From Acidobacteriota bacterium (GTDB lineage: Bacteria; Actinomycetota; Acidimicrobiia; Acidimicrobiales; Ilumatobacteraceae), in NCBI GenBank assembly GCA_018970175.1, contig JAGWWV010000001.1, positions 29,605 through 93,604 of the forward strand: a stretch of 64,000 nucleotides of DNA, given 5' to 3'. The position numbers were made by a program, and so were the translations under genes. Numbering within the stretch: position 1 is the stretch's first letter; each line of letters opens with the position of its first letter. Positions 25,515 to 35,800 of this stretch are shown one piece after another. The notes under the pieces were generated by a model. The model was not told where the DNA came from. It was given only the letters and a program-made list of their open reading frames with translations, and did no database searches.

Positions 25515-26887
25515 AAACCGTCAATACCGTCAATACGGCGAAGCGAATCTGCGTCACGCTCTGCGCGGCGATTCTTGCTGCGTCGTGCAGTTCGAGCCAA
25601 CCCACCACCTCGGAGCCGACCACAACGACCGCACTCGACTGGACCTCGTGCAACGGCGTCGAGTGTGCCGACCTCGACGTGCCATTCGCCTACGACGATC
25701 CCTCGCGCGGTACGTTCACGCTGAAGGTCAGCCGGCAGCGGGCGTTGAAGGCCGATCAACGCGTCGGCGTGCTGATCGTCAATCCGGGAGGGCCCGGTGG
25801 ACCCGGTGTCTCGTTGGCCCAGAATGCCGCGTTCTACTTCAGCCGTGACATCATCGACCGATTCGATATCGTCGCCTGGGATCCTCGAGGTACGGGTGTG
25901 TCGACCCCCGCAGTTGATTGCATCGACAACTACGACGACTACTTCACACGGCCCCTCGATGCGCAGACGGCGCAACGCTTCGTCGACGCCTGCACCGAAC
26001 GCTCGGGCGACGTACTCCCCTACGTCGGGACCGCGAACTCGGCACGTGACATCGATGCCTTGCGGCGTGCACTGGGTGAAGAATCGGTCTCGTACTTTGG
26101 GTTCTCCTACGGCGGGGTTCTCGGTCTCACGTGGCAGGGCCTTTTCCCCGAGACCGTGCGCGCGATGGTTCTCGACGCACCGCCCAACCCGGCTGCCAGC
26201 CGGGCGGAACGCATCGCGGCACAGGCCACTGTGTTCGAGTCGCTCCTCGACGAGTTCCTCGAACCACCCGGACGGATGGATGCGTGGAACGCGGTGATGG
26301 CATCGCCCCCGACTGGTATCACCGCCCAGATGGTGCTCACCGCCACGATTTCGGCGCTCTACGACACCGAATCTTGGGGTGAACTTGAAACCGCGCTGAC
26401 CGCTGCCTCTGCAGGTGACGGCTCGAAGATCCGCGCAATGTACGAGGGCTTCTACTACCAGGACGCGGGATTCGAGGACTTGCGCAACACCTTCGAGGCG
26501 TCCGTCGCCATTTCATGCGTCGACGACACGACTCGCACACCCATCGATGACCTGACGAAAGTTGCACCGCGTCTCCATGTATTTTTTGGCCCCGATGAAT
26601 TGTGCTCGCGCTGGCCCGCCGCCACTTCCGAGTCGTACGACCCGCCCGCGGCAGGCGCGACCCCCACGGTGATCATCGGCGCAACGAAGGATCCCGCGTC
26701 ACCTTTCGCCGGCGTTCGGGCCACCGCAATGGCTTCCGGAAACACCCGATTGATCACCGTCGAAGGAAACCGACATACCAGCTACTTCGGGGTCGACTGC
26801 GTCACGGCGCTGGTCGATTCGTATCTCATCGGCCTCACCGATCCGGGTGACACCACCTGCCCGCCGGGGGCAAAAATCAGCGAATGA
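25508..26887 (+). CDS. exported alpha/beta hydrolase (TAP/tripeptidyl-aminopeptidase-like, S33-type)
   Basis: The lipobox is LAASC-S, followed by a T-rich linker, the nucleophile elbow GFSYGG and a TAP-like C-terminal region. The ATG overlaps the previous stop (ATGGTGA). Confidence 0.8.
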   Translation: MVKTVNTVNTAKRICVTLCAAILAASCSSSQPTTSEPTTTTALDWTSCNGVECADLDVPFAYDDPSRGTFTLKVSRQRALKADQRVGVLIVNPGGPGGPGVSLAQNAAFYFSRDIIDRFDIVAWDPRGTGVSTPAVDCIDNYDDYFTRPLDAQTAQRFVDACTERSGDVLPYVGTANSARDIDALRRALGEESVSYFGFSYGGVLGLTWQGLFPETVRAMVLDAPPNPAASRAERIAAQATVFESLLDEFLEPPGRMDAWNAVMASPPTGITAQMVLTATISALYDTESWGELETALTAASAGDGSKIRAMYEGFYYQDAGFEDLRNTFEASVAISCVDDTTRTPIDDLTKVAPRLHVFFGPDELCSRWPAATSESYDPPAAGATPTVIIGATKDPASPFAGVRATAMASGNTRLITVEGNRHTSYFGVDCVTALVDSYLIGLTDPGDTTCPPGAKISE

Positions 26888-29800
26888 AGACCTGCACGGC
26901 CATCGACCGTCGGAGACCCGTCGTGTTGTTGCAGCAGCCGAGCACGTCGCCCGCAGACCAACCGTTGTCGCTGAGTCCGATTCCGCCCGACGTGTCGTCC
27001 GAACCCTTGTAGCCGTTCGGCCACAAGCCGCCGCCGTTTTCGTTCCACCCGAAGCCCCAACGCGCCTTACGGTTGTCATTCCAGTTGAATCCGTAGAAGC
27101 GGATATCGGCCTGCGACGACCAGATCGTGCCCCGGTAACCGTCGAAGAGAAGCGCGTCGGAGACGAATTGTTCGTCGGTCCCCTGGAACACGGAGAGAGC
27201 GGTCTTCGGCCCACTCGGCACCGATGTCTTCCACGTCCATCCGTAGTTGTGTCCGTCGACGGATCCACGTTCGGTCGCCCCGAACGACGACGTGTCGATG
27301 TCCGGGAAGATCGCGAGGAGTTCGGTGCCCCGCAGTTTGTTGAAGGTCGAGAACTTCGCATCGGACGACGTGGTGTTGGTGGAGCCTTCGTTCAGTGTGT
27401 TGGCCGTCGTCCAGTAGTTGGATGAGTACGGGAACGTCGTGCTGTTCTGCGCCGCCTTCATGATCATCGTCCAGCCACCACCGGCCATCGCGCTATCCAT
27501 CAGGCAGTAGGCCTGCGTCGGGACGATGACCCCGCCCGAGTTGACATTGATCGTGTAGACGCCGTTCGCGTTCGTTCCGGTCGTTTCCTTGATGTCCTTG
27601 CACGACTCGCGACGCTGCCACGACCGTACGGCCCGAACCTTGGCTGTCTGATCGATTGGGCTGGCTGAGGCGGTTCCGGACTGGTCGACGACGTGAGCTT
27701 GCCGAGACGTCATCGTGACGTCGAACGTCAGGATTGTGTGGTCCCACGCATAGTTTCCTGAACCGCGTCCGACGATGACATAGATCATCTCGCCGGCCGC
27801 GAGTGTCACGGACGAAGCAGTCGTAGTTGCAGTTGTGGTCACGCCCGAGCTGATTGAGCCACTGCCAAGGAGCTGATAATTCGTCTCACCCACAAGGCCA
27901 CGTTGGACCCAATAGTCGATTCCATCGGCGTTGTTGAACGGATACGCCAACTTGAGCCCCGCGGACAGATCGACCGTGATTCCCGAACCGGTCGTGTTCT
28001 TCCACGCAACGCCGACGCCGTAGCCGCTGTCGTCAGGATGAATGAGAATGCTGGGCCCGGTCATCGCGGAGCCGGACGGCGCAGTCGTCACGTTCTGGAC
28101 GTACGGATAGTTGGGACCGGCCCATTGCGTGCGGTTGTTGTCCCACTGAGGCTGATTCGGAATATTTTCGTTGCCCGCGGTCTGCCAGTCCGACAGCAGC
28201 GTTGCCGAAGTCCTTCCGGCGGGGACCTCGAAGTACTGCCAGGTGTTGTTCGACGACTGAGCCGTCGGTCCACTGACAAATCCACTTTGCACGCTAGACA
28301 CCGTCGGCAACCCGCTGGCACCGGACGAAGTCCAGTAGCTGCCCGTTGGCAACGTGATGTTCTTCGCCGCGAGATTGGTGATCGCAGTCTCAAGCTCGAG
28401 CTTCGACGGCAGATACCAGTCGGTCGTGGCACTCGACGGGAGCGAGGCGGTCTTCACCCAGACAGCCATGGTTGCGGGGACATAACCCGAGCCGGTACCG
28501 CTGCCGGTCACGTATCCATTCGAACCGCTGTGGTGCAAATAGAGAGCACTGAACGCTTGACTGTCCTCGTTCCAGTCGAGCTGCGGATTGATGCCAGGAT
28601 TCGAAACGAGACCATACGCGGATCCATAACGAACCCCGAACGTCTTGTTGCGCATGTACATCTGGGAAGGCAGCGACGACGCGCCCTTCAATTTGTTGAC
28701 TGTCACGAGGGACTGGTCGGCCGACGTTCCATTCAGCGAGAACGAAGAGGCCGAACCGTTGTAGACCGGGGGCGAGGACGTAGTCCCCGACAATGTCATC
28801 TGAGCAGCGCTCGGAAGCGCGAACGACACCGCGTTGTCGTAGGACATGATTCCACCAGTGGGCAATCCTCCGCCCGGGTTCATCCAAGAGATCACCATGT
28901 CGCTCGCACCCTGGATGGCGGAAAGAGCATTGAGATTGGCCGACCCCGTGCGGGTCGCGGCGTTGAAAGAACCGTTTGCAACGTTCCACTTGCCGAATGA
29001 GCCGTTCTCCCCGTACGCAACGAGTTTCCAACCGCCGCCCGCCGTCGACATGTCAACATAGGTCGTTCCGAGTCCACTCACCGCGGAGATGCCGGATGTT
29101 GTCGGCAGACCGGTGTTCGTCGCATAACCATCCGCTGCAGATGCCGCGGCACACGAACTACTTGCCGCCAAGATCGCCGACGTGTTCGCAGCGCCGGTCC
29201 CGATCGCCGTACCGGTCGTTGCCGAGGCAGCACTGTTGGGACACCACGTCGCTGACGTAGATGCGTCGGCAGCGGCGATCTCCATGAAGTCGAGGTCGGG
29301 GTACTGGTTGTTGGTATCGAGGAGGAAGACCGTTCCGCCACCCGGGCCCTCGTCACCGATTCGACACGTGCCACCGTCCTTGCAGAGCGCACCGACGGCC
29401 AGTTCGAAGGTCAGCGAGGCATTGGTCCAGTTCGCCCCGCCCGGCACCGACGCAGTGAGAATTGTGGAACCTGCGGCAAGGAGGTCGACCACGCCCGTTG
29501 TCGAGTTGATGGTTGCCACGGCACCATCACTGCTCGTGTAGGTCACCGATCCCGCACCGTTCGTGTTCGGTATCGCAGGGTTCATCGTGAAATTCGGATC
29601 GTCCGCGCGGTACGGACCGCCCGGAGCGGTGAATCCGGTCAGCGTGGGAGTCGCCTTTGTGACGGTGAACGACGCGGTCTGAGTCTTCACAAGATACGCG
29701 CCGTACGCAGGCTCGGTTGCTGTGAACGTGGTCGAACCGGCCCCCACGATCGTCACGCGACCGGAGTATTGGTCGATGGTCGCAACCGCCGTGTTGCTGC

Positions 29801-32800
29801 TGGAGTACTCGGTGACCGCGGGGTTCAGCGAAGTTGGCGCGGTGACGGAGAATGGCGCGGTTCCGAATACGTACGACGATGCGGGCAGCGCGAAGCCCGA
29901 CAGCGATGCATTGATGACGACGGAACCCTTCGCCGCGAAGGCGCGAATCGGCATGATTCCACGGAGATCGGTCTTCAGGGCGTCGTATCGAACTCCCGAA
30001 ACCAGGTCGACCGTGTAGGCGCGTGTGGCATTGACCTGATTCGACGCCCAGAACTCACCCGTTACCCCGGTCAAGAGTCCCGCATCGACCAGGTTGGTCT
30101 TGACGAGCTGCAACTCCGTCGGCGCGGGCAGGTACCAATCGGTCTTCATCCCACCCTGGAACAAGCGCGCCGTGTGTGCCGCGCTGCTGGTGCAATTCGT
30201 GAGGATTCCCCGCATGTTGAAGATGCCTTGGGCGTTGTCGGATGTGCCCGACAGCGACGTCGTGGCGGCGGCCGTGTTGCACCAGCTGGTGGTCCCGCCG
30301 ACGACCGCAACCTCGAGATAGTCGACACCGACGTAGTCGTCGTTCGTGTCGACGAAGAAGACCTTTCCGCCTCCTGGGCCGGTGTCTCCGATTGCACATG
30401 AGATACCGAGCTGACAGTCGGTGAGACTTCCGCCGACCGGTGGTGTCTCCGGTGCCACACACGCCCCGCCGTCGGCACAGGACCTCGCAACCGAGAGCGT
30501 GACACGACTGCTTGCCGCCTTCGCGGCTCCGGTGCCGCCCTGTGATGCGCCGAGAACGGTGGTTCCCGCCCCGGTGATCGTCACGACACCGGTACGAGCA
30601 TTCACCGTCGCGACGCCGGGGTTCGAGCTCACGTAGGAGATCGGTGTCGCCTCGCTTGTCGGAGCGAACGCGCGAATCGGACGAACGTAGCGATTGTCCC
30701 ATTTGCCCGCGTAGGTCGGGGTGTCCTGGCAGGGATGTTGCAGGTAGTGATAGTTCGCATCGAACTCGGTGGATGTCGAGTACCACTCGTCGCACGGCAG
30801 ATACCCGATGGTGTCGCGCTTGAGATAAACCTGCCGCATCTCCTCCAATGACGGCAGGTACCAATCCGACAGTCCACCGCCGTTGTAGGTCCGCGCCATC
30901 GTCGCAGCGCGGCTGATCGTCGACGACTGGGCGACGATTGCCTGTGAGTTTGCGAAGCCTGCACCGATTCCCACACCGCGCGCGGACGCACCGATGGCGA
31001 CGTTGGTGATTCCCGACCATGGTGCGCGCGGATCCTGATTTGCGCCGGACCAGGTCGCCGGCGCGGCTTCGAGATACTTGCACGACGAACCACACGCGGT
31101 ACCCGGCGCGGCAAAGCCCTTCGACACAAAGAAGACCCGACCACCACCGGGGCCGGTGTCACCCACGACGCACGGACCGCCCTGGGCGCACGTCACGGTT
31201 TCGATCGCCCGGCTCGATGTCGGCGCCGTGAGCGTGAACGAGGGGCTTGCCGTGGTGTAGTTCGAACCGGGCAGTGTGAGCGCGCCGAGGGTCGTCGACG
31301 CGGGTCCAGACCCGGCGAATGAATTGGAGACGTCGGTCGGCGTGTTGACGTTGCCCGACGTGATGTTGCCGATTTGGCCCCAATCGTTGTAGCCCCAACA
31401 CTTCATCGCATCGTTGGCGACGATCGCGCAGGTCGAATAGCCGTTCGATGCCGAGAGCTCGAAGACCCCCGAGGAGAGTCCGGATACATCAGTGGGAACG
31501 TAGCGACGTGTCGTCGTACCGTCCCCGAGTTCACCGCTGTCATTGCGGCCCCAACACTTGACACCGCCGCCCGTCGTGATCGCACACGTGTGGAGACCAC
31601 CTGCGACGACGCGCGCCACGCCCGTCGAGAGTCCGGTCGGGGTCGTCGGTGTGCTGCGGTCACTCGTCGTACCGTCGCCCAACTGGCCGTATCCGTTGTA
31701 GCCCCAACAACGCACACCACCTGTGTTCAACACCGCACACGAATGGTGGAAGCCGGCGGCAATGCCGACCGCACCGGAGAGTCCGCTGACCGTACGGGGC
31801 GTATAGCGAACCGTCGTGGTGCCGTCACCCAGGTTGCGCCAATCATTGCGACCCCAACACCGCACGGTTCCGTTCTCGAGAAGTGCGCACGAATACTCGT
31901 AACCGAGATCGATCTGAACGACCCCCGACGTGAGACCGACAACGTCGACGGGGGTCGTGCGGTTCTCGTTCGTACCATCACCCAACTGTCCGTAACCGTT
32001 GTAGCCCCAGCACTTGACTCCCCCGGCGGCGGTCAAGGCACACGTGTGCTGATAGCCGGCGTCGACTTGAACCACACCCGACGAAAGCCCCGTCACCGCG
32101 ACCGGGACGTAAGGCCGAACAGATGTGGTACCGAATCCGATCTGACCGTTGTCGTTCAAGCCCCAGCACACGACCCCTCCGCGGCTCGTCACTGCGCACG
32201 TGTGGTGATGTCCAACGGCGATCGACGCTGCGCCCGACCCGAGGTCGGTCACCGTTGTCGGGACCAAGCGACGCTCGGTCGTCGAGTTGCCAAGCTGACC
32301 CCAATCTCCGTTACCCCAACACTTCGCTTCACCGGCGGCGGTGATGCCGCACGATGTGTGGTACCCGGCACTCACCTGGACGTATTCGCTGTCGGGCACC
32401 CCGACACGTGCCAGAGACACCATTGCAGACTGCGTCGCCGTCGCGGGAAGGCTGGCCCTGACATAGGCGACACCCGTCCCGACGATTGAAATGGTGCGTG
32501 CAGTCGCATCGACGGTCGCAACCGCAGGGTTTGTGCTGCTGTACGTGATCGAGTCCGAACGGTTCGTCGTGGCAGCGGCGAACGAAACGTTTGTGTCACC
32601 GACGCGGAAGCGCTGCGTCGACAGGGTGACCGGCGAGAGCTGTGTTTCGGGATCCGTGGTGATGGTTGTCTTGATGCCGGTGACGCCCACCGGTGAATAC
32701 CGGTTCGTCGACGACTTGTCGCCGAGTTCGTTGCCGTCGTTTCGGCCCCAACACCACACCGCACCCTTCACCGAGAGCGCACAGGAGAAGCCGTACCCCG

Positions 32801-35800
32801 TGCTGAGGTCGCGAACGTCCGTGAGGTCGGCAACCGCCACGGGGGTCGTCGAATTCGAGGTGTTGCCGGTGGCGAGTTGTCCGTACCCGTTCCATCCCCA
32901 GCAGCGCACGGTTCCTGTCGAGAGTCGAGCACACACATGCTGGTAGCCGCCGGACACATCGATGGCGTTGGTGATCCCGGTGACGGGTACCGCCGTCGCA
33001 TATTGATTGCCGGTTCCGTTTCCGTTCTGACCGTTGGCGCCGTAGCCCCAGCACATCACACCGCCGGCGCCGGTGACCGCGCAAGCCGAATGACGAAGCA
33101 CGGAAATGCGAACAGCACCCGAGGTGATGCCGAGAACGTCGACGGGCGTGGTGCGCATCGTCGTCGTGCCGTCTCCCAGGTTGCTCCAGTCGTTGCGACC
33201 CCAGCACTTCGCTGCCCCGCTGACCGTTGTGGCGCAATAGAAGGTTTCGGTACCGGAAACGTCGGTGACGCCGCTCGTCAGGCTGGGAACGGGAACCGGG
33301 ACGTTCGAACTGGCGCCGGTTCCGTTGGCGAGTTCGCCGTATCCGTTGTGACCCCAACACGTCAATGCACCAGTCGCAAGAATCGCACAGGTTGCGTAGG
33401 CGGATGCCGCGATGTCGGTGGCGTTCGTGATTCCCGTGACCTGAACGGCCGTGTTGCTGTCGGTCGAGGTGCCGTTGCCGAGGTTTCCCCACGAGTTGCG
33501 ACCCCAACACCGAACCGTGCCGTTGGCGAGAACCGCGCAACTGTGCCAGTAGCCGGTGGCGATCTTCACGACGCCCGTCGACAGTCCCGTCACGGCAACC
33601 GGTGCCGACCTGCTGGTACGCGTACCGTCACCCAGCTGACCGAAGTCGTTGAATCCCCAGCAGACCACGCCGCCCTGGTCGGTGATGCCGCAGCTGTGGC
33701 GATCGCCGCTCTCGATGTTGACGACCGTTTCACCGTTGATCGTCAGAGTGGTGTTGACCCGTGACTCGGCAAACTCACCCGTCTCGGCCTGCACCGCGGT
33801 GATGGTCGCGGTACCCGCGGCCGCGACGCTGATGAGTCCTGTCGCGGGGTCCCATTTGGCGACGGCAGTGTTCGAGCTTTCGTACGACCACGCGCCGGGG
33901 CTGTCGGACGTGGGTGGCGTCGGGGTGAAGGGGGCCGAGGCGAAGGTGATACCGGTCGGAAGCGTGAATGACCCAACCGTCGCACGGCGCAAGACACGCA
34001 GATCGATCGACGTGCTGGTCGAGGCCCACGTTCCGCTCGCTGCCTGGGTGGCTGTCAATGTCGCGGTACCGCGCCCGACAACGGTGACCAGACCCGTCGT
34101 TGCATCAATGGTGGCAACAGACGTGTTGCTGCTCGAGTACGTGATCGCGCCGGGGCTGTTCGACGTGGGCAATGTCGGCGTGAATGGTGCATCACCTTCG
34201 GCCTTCGTCAGACCCATGCCGGCGAAGTAGTAGCCGGTGCCGTTGTAGATCGTGGTGTTGCTGCCCGGCGGGGTGAACCGCACGATGATCGCGTCGCCTC
34301 CGCCATTCTCACCGAACTGAATGCGAATCGGATAGAAGGTGCCCCCGACAAGCGTCGTCGTGTTGCAGATTTCCCGCATTCCGTGCAGGCCCGCATTGTT
34401 CACGAGACTGTTTGAGGTCGCGAAGCCGGCTTTTGCGTTCGGACCCAGCCAGAGATAGCTCGCATCATCGGAGTTGGTGCAGAACGTGTAGACGCCGGAG
34501 ATCGATGCCTTGAACGACCCCGTCCATTCCCAGCTGTAGAGGTCGGCGCTCGAGGTGAAGTTGGTGAAGTTGGTGATCTGGTTGGTTTCACCGTGCTTCG
34601 TGGCGGTGGCGAACCAGTTCACGTTGTCGTTGAAGTAGCCCACGTAGCGGGTGCCCTTCAGACCCGCGCCCGATCCGCTGTCGCCACCGAACGCCGTCAG
34701 TGTCGGCGTCACGCCGTTCACGACGAATACAGCGGTCACCGAGCCGGCGGCAAAGTTCGTCGTTGCAGCCTGAGAGGCCGTGATCGTCGCCGATCCGGTC
34801 CCGACGATCGTGATCGTCCGTGTTGAGGAGTTCACGGTGGCGATTGAGGTGTTGCTGCTGGAGTACGTGAACGCTCCGGTGCTGTTCGACGTCGGCGCAG
34901 TGAACGTGAAGGGCGCATCCCCGAAAGTCTTCGACGGCACGGACAGCGCTCCGATTGTCGGGTTGGCCGGAAGAACCTTCAATTCGGCGGTGACCGCCGC
35001 AGACGAGTGCATCGGGGTGGTCGCCTGGGTGGCCGTGATGATGGCCGTTCCCGGCACACCGATGGTCACTGCACCCGTGGACGAGTTGATGGACGCAACG
35101 GACGTGTTGTTCGAGGCCCAGGTCCATGTTCCACTGCTCGTCGAGTTTGGCGCGCTTATCGTGAAGCCGCCGCCGAGATAGAAACGGTCGGCCAGAACCA
35201 ATGGCGCAATCGTCGGAACCTGCTTCGAAACCGTGATCGTGGTGGTCGCCGAGGTTGCAGAAGTGAAGTTCGAATCAGCCGCCTTCGTGGCCGTGATGGT
35301 GCAACTGCCGCTTGCCGTCGTCACGAGAGACGTCCCGTTGACCGAACACCCGGCAGTTCCGGCACTGACGACAGTGAACGACATCGAGCCGGTTCCCGAT
35401 CCTCCGCTTGCCGCCAGCGCGAGGTTGATACCCGCGATGGCCGTCGTTGTCGAGATGACCACTGGCGACGACTGACTGATGCGGTTGAACGTGATCGTCG
35501 TGTTGGCCGAAGTCGATTCGTCGTAGTTGCGATCGGCTGCCTTTGTCGCAGCAATGGTGCACGTGCCGCCCGACGTCGTTGTCAACGTCGCGCCGCTGAC
35601 CACACAATTGGCACTGCCGGCATCGACAACGCGGTAGGAGATGGCACCGGTGCCCTGACCACCGATGGTTGTGAGGCTGAGGGGCGCACCGAACGTTCCC
35701 GACGTCGACGTGATGGCAAGTCCCGAGCCGGCACCATTTGCCAACTGGGCAATTTCTGTCGCGCCAAGCGAACGGTTGTAAATGGTGACTTCATCGAGCA

